From Neodothiora populina (Eukaryota), in the NCBI RefSeq assembly GCF_041146345.1, contig NW_027191410.1:868001-932000 (forward strand): a stretch of DNA of 64,000 bases, in the 5' to 3' direction. Every line of letters starts with the position of its first letter. Within the stretch, counting starts at the first letter, position 1. Shown here in pieces: positions 12,603 to 24,773 of the stretch. A program made the translations under genes and the position numbers. The notes under the pieces are model-generated. The model saw only the letters and a list, made by a program, of their open reading frames with translations. It was not told the origin of the DNA and searched no databases.

Positions 12603-13625
12603 GGTGGTGTGTTACAGGGGATGTTGTCTGATTCAGTGCCGATCACCTTGCAGAGTTATACAGGCAAGAGGTAAGAGGCTGTTGTTACAGAGTAGATATC
12701 AAGTAATCTAGCGATCCAACGAATCACAGTATTCGTTGTCCAGAAAAAAGATGCAAGCCGAGAGAGTATATGAAGAAGATGAATTGTTCGGCGTATGGCA
12801 GCCCAGACAGACCCTGGAAGATTTCGAATGTTTCGATAAGACAAGATTTCCAATCTAATCTAATCTGAGCAAACTAAAGCCGGCAGCATGTTTCTCCGTC
12901 CGGAGTCTCCACTACCGGGTCATGGTCCACGGATCATCAAGGTGGTTTGGTTGGTTACGATAGCCCACTTGGCTACCTTAGCTATCAATGGGTGTCGTAA
13001 GAGAGTGGTGGCAGACGCAGGTCGTGGTCGTGAGCTGCTGTATACACATGTTTCGCGCAGGAAAATGGGGCCATACGTTAATGCTATGTCACAAGACATT
13101 TCTTCTTCTGTCGTGCGTGATCAAATGAATGGGATATCATCATCGGACCAAACGGCGCCGTCGAGCGAGTCTACGCAGTGTCTCGTCCGACCAACCATCG
13201 GCCCTCGTCGGAAGGCGTGCATCTTCCAGAGTGTATTTGTGGTTCTCATCTTTTGATTTGCCATGTCCTGTGGGTTTAGCTACATGTTTTGTCTGAACGA
13301 TCTGCCAGACCCCTCGTATCTGGATGAAAAGCTATACTAATGTAATTTTGGAACGTCTACTTTTTCTGTTGTGATTGATTTATCCTGATCGTCGCGACGC
13401 ATTGACAACCACACACCATAAGACGGATTGCCCTCGTCATACGCCAGTTCTGTATCAACATATCTCGCATTGATTCCATCAGGTCTAATTAGAATATCGT
13501 CTGTTGTCATTGTACCGACCTTGCAACAGTGTAAAAAAAAAACGCTTAGGGATGCTATTGCTGAACGTGGCTATCTCGTCGTTATAACATCGTCCTTCGA
13601 AGCGGAATAGTCGCATCTAAACACA

Positions 13626-15139
13626 ATGCGCTCGTCAGATCATGGCACGCACGTGCGACAACACCCACACGAGTCGTACAAGATGGAAGGCTCGGATCAA
13701 TCGCCATTGCCGTCGCGATTGTCAGCTGAAGGAAACGAAGAATATGAAGATGGATATCAAACTTTTGCGCAAAATGATCGCTGGTCAAATTTCCTGGATA
13801 CCTTAGGACTTTCATCGCTTCGACGAAGAACCTTAACACAGCGATATTCTTACGACTCTGAGAGCGCCTTCGCTCATGGCCATTGTAAGACGAAACACCT
13901 TCATCATCTGACAGCAAACAACTCTTTGCATTCGTCAAATCTACGCACAATAGTCAAACAATCCTGTCTGATCCTTCCAGTACTCGTACTTATGACTTTG
14001 TAAGTGAACTACCCCTCCTACGCTCAAGAAGGTAGCCTAATGTTCTCGGCAGTGGCATTGTGTTTATCTTGCAGATTGTCATAGGATCAGCGAGCCTTCT
14101 CTGGGACATTGATGCTTTCCACGATAGGTTCCAGCCCCATTGGGGAAGCCCAGGGCACTACGGCGATGGAATGGCCCATTACCCTACAGATGCTACGCGG
14201 GACATCGTACCTATACCAGTGCATTCACACAACGATTATTGGCGACGAATTCCTCTGTTCGAGGCTCTGCATTACGGGTGCATAGGCGTCGAGGCAGACG
14301 TTTGGCACTTCGACGATGACCTCTACGTCGGTCATAACACTGCGTCTCTTACACGAAATCGCACATTTCGAAATCTATATGTCGATCCCCTCATTGCTCT
14401 CCTGGACAGAATGAATCCAGAAACCGAATTTGTCAATGCCTCGAAGCATGGTGTTTGGGACACTGATAGTGGCCAGAATCTGGTGCTTCTTGTAGATCTC
14501 AAGACTGATGGCAGAGAGACATTCCCTATTGTGTCCCAGCAACTGGAGGGATTACGGTCGAAAGGATATCTGACCCATTTTAACGGAACACACACTGTTC
14601 CGGGCGCCATCACCGTGGTTGGAACTGGAAACACCCCATTCGACATGGTCATTGCAAATGAGACGTACCGTGATATCTTCTTTGACGCGCCGCTGGAGAG
14701 GCTTTGGGAGGAGCCCGGGACAACGTCTACTCCTGATGTTCCAGATCCAATGGAGTCAGAAAACGACGAGCGCAATGTTAACGATCACAACATCGCGCCA
14801 AGTGGTGCGCCTAGGCGGCGTGGTCAAGGTAACACAGGACTCGACGCAGAGACTCCATCTTCGGCCTTCAATGCGGGAACGTCGTACTATGCGAGCATCG
14901 ACTTCCATGCAGCAGTGGGGCCCGTATGGAGGGGTCACCTTTCAGCAAAACAAATGGACATTATTCGTGGCCAGATACGTGGGGCCAAGGAACACGGCCT
15001 CAAGTCCAGGTACTGGAACACGCCAATGTGGCCTATTGGATTGAGAAACCACATTTGGGATGTTCTTGTTCGAGAAGGAACCGACATGTTGAATGCCGAC
15101 GATCTCAGGTCTGCTTCCAGGCATGACTGGAGAAAATAG
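13626..15139 (+). CDS. AIM6: AIM6-like PLC-like phosphodiesterase with an N-terminal TM; intron 14000-14052
   Basis: PVHSHNDYWRRIPLFEAL, GVEADVW, LYVGH, LLVDLKTDG, RYWNTP, LNADDL. Confidence 0.85.
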
Positions 15140-16787
15140 TGGCGTATTGCATGCATACATACCTACAATGGCGCCCTAATGACCAAAAACACGGGTCGTG
15201 AAATGAATATATCAAATATCAGTAATTATCATACCGTTGTCAACAACAATAATCGTATCGCATCGTATCGCATCGTTGTTATGAGGCGTCAATTTCCATG
15301 TGCTTGCGGCTGGCACATTTGCCGAACCTTCAAACAATCATTGGACAGGGATGAAGGCATCGGAGTTCGGGTAGCTGGCCGAGCGATAACGTCGTACAAG
15401 GGCTAGCCCGGTCCCCACCGCACAGCCTTGCATGTGTGAGGTGGACAGCAGGGCAGGGCAGGGCAGGCGTGCTGGACGCGTCATTTTCCAATCCGCAGTC
15501 GCGCCATCTCACTTGCATCGAGGATCTAAAGATGAACGGTGAGATGCGTGCACAACTGGTAGATGTACAGATTTGGGAACATCGGCCAACATCCATCAGA
15601 TACATATGGACAAGGAAAGTAGGCCACTGTGATCATCAAGGTAGATGCTCGGCAGGGTGCATCAGTAGTAGTGCGAGGTGCGAATGAGGAAGATCACACA
15701 ACCTGACACATGACAAAAATGGACGAACATGTTATCTGTGCGTCTATGCATATGCATATGCAAGGTTGGTGGTGCTTGTATGAAGTACAGGTTCGGCACG
15801 GTATCCATCTTCTGGCGTGGGCTACGTGAAGGACGCCTGCAGGGCCGTTTCACCATCGGTGCCAAGAAATCAAACCTAGATATGGAGTGGCTCACACGGT
15901 AAAAGCTATCCGGTACGAGTGCCTGGAAGGTTATATGAAGCAATCTGCGAAAGGCAACAGAGGGCAAATTGCAGTGCCCCGGGGGCCAATTGTGCTTGTG
16001 TTGGCTTATACACTCCTCCGAGGGGTTGCATTACGGACTGAGCTCCTCGACCACGTCAAGTAGGAGTTGGATAGCCCTCGACTTACGTCAACCAAGACAT
16101 CAGGTAGGATTTGTAGGAGCTCGTAGAGCAGAAAATGATGAGCATGCATGTGTAAGACATGTTCCGCAAGGGTTGTTGACTTCATATATGTGTCTGATGT
16201 GTCTGTCTATACAAGTACCACATACGTGGATCAGGAGCTTGCGAGGCCTGCATAAATGTATCTACTTGTACTCTATCTTCCTTAGTGGTGCAAATCCTGG
16301 TTCCGCTGATTCAACCCATGGTTTCCGTGGGGAACCATTTTAGCGGTAGTGTAGCCACTTCCCAATAACATCAAAGACTTGACGAGTATCAATAGGCCGT
16401 CTTCCGCCGAGATCCTCGACGTCTCTAGTCACCTCACCACTTACTCAGTCATACGGCCGTCATTCTCGTTTTCTCTGATCAGTCGTTACCGAAAGAGCAG
16501 CACGCGTGAATAACTTCCAATACCACCCAACGCGACATAAATCGTCACTCACCACCACTAGCATAAGAATCTTTTCTTAGTGACAAACGGACGGGTGCCG
16601 ATCTGCCAAAACGCTTAGGAACAAGCCACCATAAGCGTTTGCGAAACGTCTTGTTCCACCTGCGCCGAACTATCCAATCGGTGAATTTTCATAACCAGCA
16701 AAGATCGAAATAGTGCATACCACCTGATCAGATTGGCGAAATCGTTGTTCAGCAATTGTTCTTGCACAACCTTTTCACATTCACATT

Positions 16788-16817
16788 CACTTCCACTTCC
16801 ACTTCCACTTCCACTTC
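16788..16817. repeat. (CACTTC)5 hexamer repeat upstream of the KRE1-like gene
   Basis: Read directly. Confidence 0.9.
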
Positions 16818-16964
16818 CGTGTCTTGGTTCGAATCAACAACTCACCCAATTCCCCTCCGGCTATACCACAACACGACCCAGTGGCAGGCTACATTCGTGA
16901 AGACAACCGCACCTTAACAAGCATCTGAGTAACTCCGAGTCGCTTCACTCAACCATCGTCCATT

Positions 16965-17589
16965 ATGCGCTTCTCATGTCTTTCCTGCCTGGTCCTGCCA
17001 GCCCTGGCCGCTGCTTCTCCTCCTGTCGTTGGCCCTCCTCAGAAGCTAGAACAATTCCTGGCGAAAAGATCGGAATTGGCGGAACGCTCGTCGTCGTCGT
17101 CGCTACAACCCACGCCAACAGTGACTACCATCCCGACAACGACCTTAGCCCCGACTCCCCCGCCCGAGGTCGACAGTGACGAGTACGGCAACATCCTTGA
17201 GTAAGTCTTCCCTCGTACTACCTTATGTAATGTATTTGATCCTAACAAAACTTCCTTGCAGACTCCGACAAGCAGCAGGAAACGACAATCTCGGCGCGAC
17301 TCTTGACCAGCCATCTCAAAAGCCTCCCGTCACGACGAATTGGGTTGAGAGCACCAACGACATCACCACGACATGGGTCCAGGTCATCTACACCCAGACC
17401 TTTGCTTCTGCGCCTGGCTTGATGTCAACGTCCGGCTCCGGCTCGATAGGACTCGGAACGCATACTGGCACCGTTGGCGTAGTCAAGGTCAAAAGCGGCA
17501 CCATCAAGGTCATGCCCTCGGGCACCTTTGTTACTGTCGCTCTCGGATTCGTGGGCATGGTAGCCGGCATGGGCATGATCATTCTATGA
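16965..17589 (+). CDS. Small secreted Ser/Thr-rich cell-surface protein with a KRE1-like domain and hydrophobic C-terminus (GPI or TM); intron 17201-17261
   Basis: Signal peptide MRFSCLSCLVLPALAAA; TWVQVIYTQTF...GSGSIGLGTHTGTVGVVK resembles the Kre1 domain. Confidence 0.75.
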
Positions 17590-18777
17590 TAGGGATCAAC
17601 CCATGTTCCGCCTTGGATCCTGTCAGTACTCCTGCTTCTCGCCAGCCGAGAAAGGAGTAAACATCTATGCATCCCCATCAAGGACTCTTGAGATCCCGCC
17701 ACGTACAACACTGATATCCCATCTTCTCGATCGCCAACCCCCAGAATCGGATATTACAGCATTTATACCCCTGCATACACACACATATACATATATACAT
17801 ATAGATCGCCTGCCCGCCACCATGGTCCTTGTTGCTTCTTCTTGCTTCGGTCTTGTCTCCGGATCGTGGACCGCCTTACCCGTTCAGTCTTAACAATCAC
17901 ACCCTTCCAATAAAACAACACTCGCAAAGAAGAAGGGGTTCAACCACTAGTCAATCTTCTGGGGCCTAGAGAATCTGGATCTCCTTGGGTACACCGATCC
18001 AGTCCTCAGCCCAACACCACGACCAGTGCAGCGGCCTCTACTTCTTCTGCTTTCCCTTCTGCATCTTGCAGTGGTACCGTCCGCGAAGTCCCTTTTTTTC
18101 GTTTTCCTTCGTCTCTGCGTTGTAGATGGATGCATCAGCCATAGGCGTTTTCATTATCGTTGTTGTTGTTGCTCATCGCTTGTTTTCTGGGTATTGTTTC
18201 TGTTCGGGGATCATGTCATTCCGCTTCGTTTGTATATTTGTTCAACTCGCGCACGCAATTGGTTATCGAAAAGAGAGAAGCGAGAGCGAGAGACACGGAG
18301 GTTGTGAGAGAGGGGCATGGCAACCAACGCAACTATAAATCTGGCGTCTGTTAGATACGAAGAACTCGCTCCTTGAGTCTTGGATATTCTACAAGGAAAG
18401 AAGTCGAATTGTGGAAAGAAAAGCGAGCTGGACAGGGTAGCTGAATAGAAACAAGAGAAGAAGGAAAGGCAAGGGGCTGGCCGGGTCGTCGTCGAATTTT
18501 CTCTCTATCATATTAATCACGAAATGTAAATAACTGGCTTGGCCCCTTGGGGGTGATATAACAAAAGAAGGAGCTTTTACTTCATCCACTCGTGTCATTT
18601 TCTCTACGTTTTTGGGATGTTTGTGCTTTTTATTTTCTCAACTGAGATTTGCAGTGGGATGGAGAGTGGAAAGACATGTCGATATAGACAACAGACGGAT
18701 TGATGTGTGTAATCTGTGCTGTTTGCATGGGTCCAGCTCCTTCAGGCTATCACGACTCTACCAACACGTCTTAGTTG

Positions 18778-20260
18778 TCAGGTATACGCAAACGCGACAA
18801 ATAGAAATACCGTGACCACCCGCCCAAACACACCAAAAGGCCGCATCAACCTTCTTCGCTCACTATGCGCCTCCGTAGTCGCAGCTGTACAAGCACTTCT
18901 CGTAGCAGAAGTGGCAGTCTGACCACCTGCCGCCCCTGAAGGATCCTCTGCACGCGGTAGCGGCAACAGACTCAAGAGCTCCGTCTTGCCCGTCACGTTC
19001 CCGTTCGGACCAAGAGGACTAATGCCTCGATGTGGGAAACGAGGGATCTCACAGGTCTTTCCGCGGCGTTGGTCTGCTGTGTTACAGGCCGCTGTCCACC
19101 CCTGAGGCTTCGCTGTGCTCGTGTTGAAGTAGGCTTTTACGTATGAGATTGTGATGGCTGTGTCGGCTCTAGGGGGGCCGCCGCTCCAGTTGGGGTTGCC
19201 GTTTGACCTTTTAATGGGATTGTTAGTTTTATTGAATTCGTGTGGTGATTGGATTAGACATAGTAACCAGTGGTTAAGCATTAGTGTGCCTGGGGCATCT
19301 GGGATGTTTTGGTCAAAGGAAGACAGCAAGACTTCGTCGATCCAGAAGCTTATGGATGCTGGCGTCCAACTGAACCGGTATTCGTGGTAGTCGGCGCTGG
19401 GGGAGAAGGGTAGAGCACGCAATGCAAAGTCACTTGTGGGTGCCGCATTATAGTTGAGTGCCGCTGATTCAGGGGATTGGACGACGAGATTGATGCTGGC
19501 GCTGTTGTTTGAGACGTATGATTGACGAGAGAGGTGTTCAACGTCGATCTCCTGTGTGTCGTTATGATACTGGCGCACATGTCAGCAATCCCTGAGGACC
19601 TTGTGCGACACTGGCTGGACAGCTCTTCAGCACTTGGAAAACACAACATACCCAGAAAAACGCGGCGCAAAGTCCCCTGCGCGTCTGCCATCTTCATCCC
19701 AATCCTGAAACTGCCATATCGGACATCATTCCTCGGCGAGTCAATCTCGGCACCACCGATCATTTTCCCGACTTCAATCCCATCGCTGCTGATGTAGTCT
19801 GTGACAGCACTCGATCCTCTGACCCATAGTTGCAACCCAGGATGGCCTCCGTTCCGGCCGTCCTTGTTGCCCCAGTCATACGCGCTCCTGAGTGGGTTGA
19901 CAAGCACATTGTCAACCTGCAAACTCTTGCCGAACGGACCACGTGCCGCAGTCGGCGAGACGTTGTATGCTTGTGGAACCCAGTCTGCCGCGTGTGCATC
20001 GTCTGCAGCGATGGTGCCCGGGACATTGTACAGGTGCAGGAAATCCGTCTCGAAAATGTCGGTGAACAGAGTCGTCTTTTGACTGGTGTCGCTTGTGTTG
20101 GCTAGGGTGTAGCCGCATTCGCATGTGGCTGTAGCTGCAACTAGGCGCCTGCATGGGTCTGGGTGAAACACATTGATATGCATGCATGGAATGGCTATAT
20201 ACCATAGAGGATTCGTGCAGCAATGAGCAGAAAACCAGAGCTTAGTCCGGGCAGTTGCAT
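18778..20260 (-). CDS. GH16 (ConA-like) glycoside hydrolase with C-terminal TM and an apparent 1-nt frameshift at ~19670 (sequence error or pseudogene)
   Basis: CECGY, YGSFRIGMK, catalytic EIDVE, YHEYRFSW, NHWSNG.P.WSGGPP; start codon and first intron approximate. Confidence 0.8.
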
Positions 20261-21110
20261 GGTGTAAAGATAGCAGAGGTACTGTCTTTCTGTTCCAAGA
20301 AAGTGTCGAATACAAGATGATGATGATGCTGTTGCAAGGTTTGGTCACATTTTCCTGAACTACATTAGCTACCTACTTGGGGATTTCATCGCAGTGCACA
20401 GAAATCAGATACCAGTGAGGGACTTGCTGGACGGTTAGAACGCACGAGTGCCTTCCTTACCTTGTGCCTGGCTTGTTGTATACACAACTAAATTGAAAGA
20501 AGCGAACCTACGACCGTGATCACAGCCCTTGAAATCTCGAAAGGTATGTGCATGCTTGATCTGGACGCCTGCATGAAGAACGACAACGATAGTCAGATAA
20601 GTGCCACAACATTTTCTGCGTGGACACTGCCCTGCAGCAGCGCATAAAAAGTGAAAAAGAAAGGAAACGGCATTGCTTCGATTTCCTTCTCTTGATATTA
20701 TTCAGGCGTTTGGTTTCTACGCCGAGGATGCGCCTGTGCCGTGGCAAATATGCGAAAAGAAGACAAAAAATGTTCAGACCCAGCCCATGAATCATCTCCC
20801 AAGACATCTGCAAGCATGAGCCTAGATGCAGGTTTCGAAGGCATCCTTAGTTCGTTTGTCATGATGTCCCCCATGCGATCAGCCCTGACGGCTTTGGTAT
20901 TTCCATCACATGACTACTCCTTCTTTCCCTAGGCTAGCAATGTCGTTGGCATGACGCAGATCTCCACGGAGGATACCTGTCATAGATGTCGCGCTGCGAG
21001 CTCCCCTGATGCTTCACCTCGACATGATGTAGACGTCCTTGTGTGCTATTACCGAGTACCTCTGTGTAAACAGCGCTAAAGCTTTATGTCCATGTAGATA
21101 CATTGGAATC

Positions 21111-24100
21111 TCACAGGAAGCCTGACTCAGATAATAGCCTAGGCTGGGTTAGCTGGCACAGTCATGCGGATGGCGTGACGTTCTACAAACCTGGCAATTT
21201 TTTCGTCTTCTCTTTCCCTGGGCTCTACCGCTAAACTCCTCTCATACATCTCATGCACGTCACCTGCCGTTTGCATGTTCGTCAAGATGTAGTCTTGCAG
21301 CTCGGGGACGGGCTGCAGCGGGTATGGTACGTTTTGGTACTGCTGGATGTCTCTGATGACTTCCGCGGTCTTTGCACGTTTGGCGAAATTGATGAGGTTG
21401 GTCTTTTTGATGATTGACGGTATACCGTCTTCGATGAAAGTTAGATCTGTAAGATATACACCTGTTCATTTGTTAGTGGTTGAACCTGAAGCCAAGGAAA
21501 CATAGCCAAATTACCAAAGAAGGGAATGCAGGGTGGATTGGCCTTGTGTAGTGCATCTCTGTATTCGTTGAAGTTCTTGGTGCTGCCCATGAGCTTGCGC
21601 ATCACTTCCAGCGTTGCTTGCGTCTTCTGGTTGACTTGTGCCCAAGTACGGCCTAGTCTGTGAATAGGCGCTGTACCTAGCGCTGATATGATGGAGGTGA
21701 GGGTGGAGAAGTTGTTGAGCTGACGGCATTTCTGGGGCAATAGTTAGCATGCTTGAACGTGGTGATTAATCTAAAGGGTGTGTCTTACGTCTGCAACAGA
21801 GACGAAGTGCTTGATGACTATCACTCGTCTCTTGACATCAGCTTGAGTCAGAATCATCTGAGCGACCCAGTTCGTCAATTGGTTCGAATGTAAGATCAGT
21901 GCCTTGACATTCGACGCCGGGTCGGCTTCCCCTGGTGCAAGTTTCTTCTGCCATGTCTTGTTCAGACACTCAGTTGGCTTGATCTTACAATACAGTCGCG
22001 ACTCAATAATCGTTAGCTGTCTTGCAAACTCCAGCGCATCGATGTCCAAGAATTTGAGTTTCTTGATGTTCTTGGGGATGATAGGGGTCGGTGTCGAAGC
22101 AGTATTCAGAGTAAGGACTAGACGCTTGCTCGTGGCATCCTGTCCACGCATGCGCTGCTCGATGGCCGTCATCAATGGCCCAGCACCAGGCGTGCTGGTT
22201 GACGCGACCGTCTCTTTCGCAAACGCATAAACTCTTTGCATGAGCTGCTGGCTGCTCTCGTCGTTTTCTTCCATCCAGTAGTGTTCAAACCAACTCTTGA
22301 GGATGTTCACGACACGGAAGCGGATGGGCTTCTGCTTCTTATCTACCCATACTTGCATCTCGCTGCCATTGAGGCCGTATGCCGGCTGCACACTCCATCG
22401 CTTGACGAGCATCTCAAAGAGCTCAGTGGCAGTCGTGAACGATCGATATGTCAACAAGAAAGTATTGTTGAACGGTGAATCCAGGCGATCGTGACGCGTG
22501 AGTTGCTCCACAAGCCCAGTAAGTGTACCACCACGAAGCTGAGCAGGTTGCACCTTGGTATCGTAAGCGATCTCGCCTTCGTGGTCGAGCTTGAGGAAGT
22601 CTGGTGCTTCCTCGGCTTGAGGACTTTGCATAGGTGCGGGCACTTCGCCGAAGAATCGATTGATCTTGGAATTGCTCATTGTACGTGGCCCGTCGGGACC
22701 ATTACTTGAATCAATAGCATCATTGTATGACTTGCTGGTGCCCACTTCTGCAAGCATCTTGGGCCTGATCAAAGAACCCTGGCGCATGTGGTCAGGGTAC
22801 ATGGCGGCACTATCGGTTTTCCGGTATGCATCCTTTGCTATGCCCGAGTCTGGGGGAATCAATTCGGACAGTAGTTGGAGTGAGAAGTGTATCTGCGCCG
22901 AGGAAGCATCTAATTCCCTTGCTACGACACGAACACTGGTGAGTCGTTCTTCCAAAGAGCTACCGCGGTGCTCTGACCACTCATCGCTTAGTGGTATGGT
23001 GACTCTCTGACAGGCTGTCACCAGCTCCGCCGCACTGTCGTAGAATTTCTGCTTCTGGACACTGAAGTCGATGAGCTGAGGATTCTTCGATGCTGACCCC
23101 AGTGGTTTTAGATCTATGCTTTCGACATTTGACATGTAAACCCTGCAGGCCTCGATAGAGCGCGTCGCAGCCTTGCAGAGTTTGTCGCCGAGTTTACGAT
23201 GCATCTTCGGAGTAACCAGCTTCTCACGTAGCATGAGGTGCTCATCCAATTGGCGAATACTTAGCGAGATGGCCTTTTTCATGTCTTCCATGCGTTCCAC
23301 AAGGTCGGCGCTCAGATGCACGTTCGGTTCGCGGATGGCTTCAGCATCAGGGAACAAGAAGGGCATCTCAGTGGAGTCATCTGCCTGCGTACCGTTGTTC
23401 TGCCATGCGCCACCAATCCTACACGAAGCAATAAATCCAGGAGTGAGCCTAGGGATCTCTTCGCCACGCTGCTGCCGGGCCACTTCGACATAATTGTAGA
23501 CACCATGCAGGAGCGCTTCTGCCTCTTGCAGGCATCTGTTGTATGACTCGGGCATCGTGAAGTCGGCAGCGGCAAAATGCGATGAAAGGACCAGTTTCGC
23601 GAAACTAGCCATCATCTCACGGAAATGTGGGTAAAGGGCCTTATTAGTGGAGATGATGGAGGGATTACCGGAATGGTTGTCGGTCGTGCCCGATCCTGCA
23701 GCGAGCAGGAGGCGAAGGTGGTCTGAGATGTCCTCGGCTCTGCTGACGAAGCTTGCCTTGTCACTGTTGTTAATCGACTCGCGGTAACGCTGTACAGCGC
23801 GGCGCATGTCTTCCACAAGAGTATTCCATGTCAGCAGGACTGTTTGGGAATCGTCGAAAAAGCGTCTAGACACGATTGGATTGCTCGCGCCACTAACTGA
23901 TCCATTCGATGAGGCAGGCAGACCAGTCGTATGAGAGGAAGAAGCAACAGAGGGTCCAGTGAAGTCACGTCTGTGTCGTATGTGTGGAGAAGGATTGCGA
24001 AGTGATTCGACGGAGGTCTGAGGTGATAGGCCGTCCGAAACGTAGGAGCCACGCTGTTGACGAGGCTAGAAAAAGGATGTTAGCTTGATACCGAAGCGGA

Positions 24101-24773
24101 TGAAATGGAAACTGTGGGAACTGACTATCGATGCGCGTGAAGCCACGACAAGGTCGGGTTCAGACTCATAATCTGCGTCTTCTTGTCGCTCATAGCCTCC
24201 AGCTAGCATCTCTGGGGGCGGTCTGGTTTGGTCTGGTATGTAGACATTGGTTCTGTCATGAGGACCACTTTCGCTGATAGAGGTCGGAGTCTCGAGCGGA
24301 AGCTCCATTGTGCTCACTCCTGTCAAGGTGTTGAAGTAGAAGAGTCTGCCGTCAGGAGTTGCCTGGGGAATCCAGAAAGCAGCCTCCTCCTGCCCGTCGT
24401 TGCGGTCCATCTGAAGGCGCGATCCGTTGGCCTGGCTTCTTAAGAGGCTCAGCTCGTTCTCGCCGTATTCACTGTCAGACTCTTCAGCACGATCCATACC
24501 CATGCCCATGCCCATACTCGATGCGCCATAACCAATCTGACCATCTCTTATATCATCACTAGGCGCAGGAACGACTTCGCAGTAGTTGCTGGGGAACCAT
24601 CCTCGGACTCCATTGATAATGCCATCCCACCATCCGCTCTCCAGCTGGGTAATGACCTGGATGATGTCGCCTTGTTGGAAGCTCAAGCTGGTGCGGTCAT
24701 CGGCGTCGTAGTCGTAGAGGGCCCTGACATACATGGTGCCAGGCGGAGCCATGCTACCAGCAAGGCCGTTCAT
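21111..24773 (-). CDS. CDC25: CDC25-type Ras guanine-nucleotide exchange factor (SH3, WW-like, REM and RasGEF domains); multi-exon, first intron 24066-24125
   Basis: SH3 VRALYDY...GWFPSNY; WW-like WIPQATPDGRLFYFNT; FLLTYRSFTT; EFARQLT; PPCIPFFG; C-terminus RLLSESGFL*. Confidence 0.93.

Noticed and set aside
16820..16842. GGTTCGAATC, a tRNA T-loop/B-box-like word
   Set aside because: No T stem, acceptor stem or D arm around it
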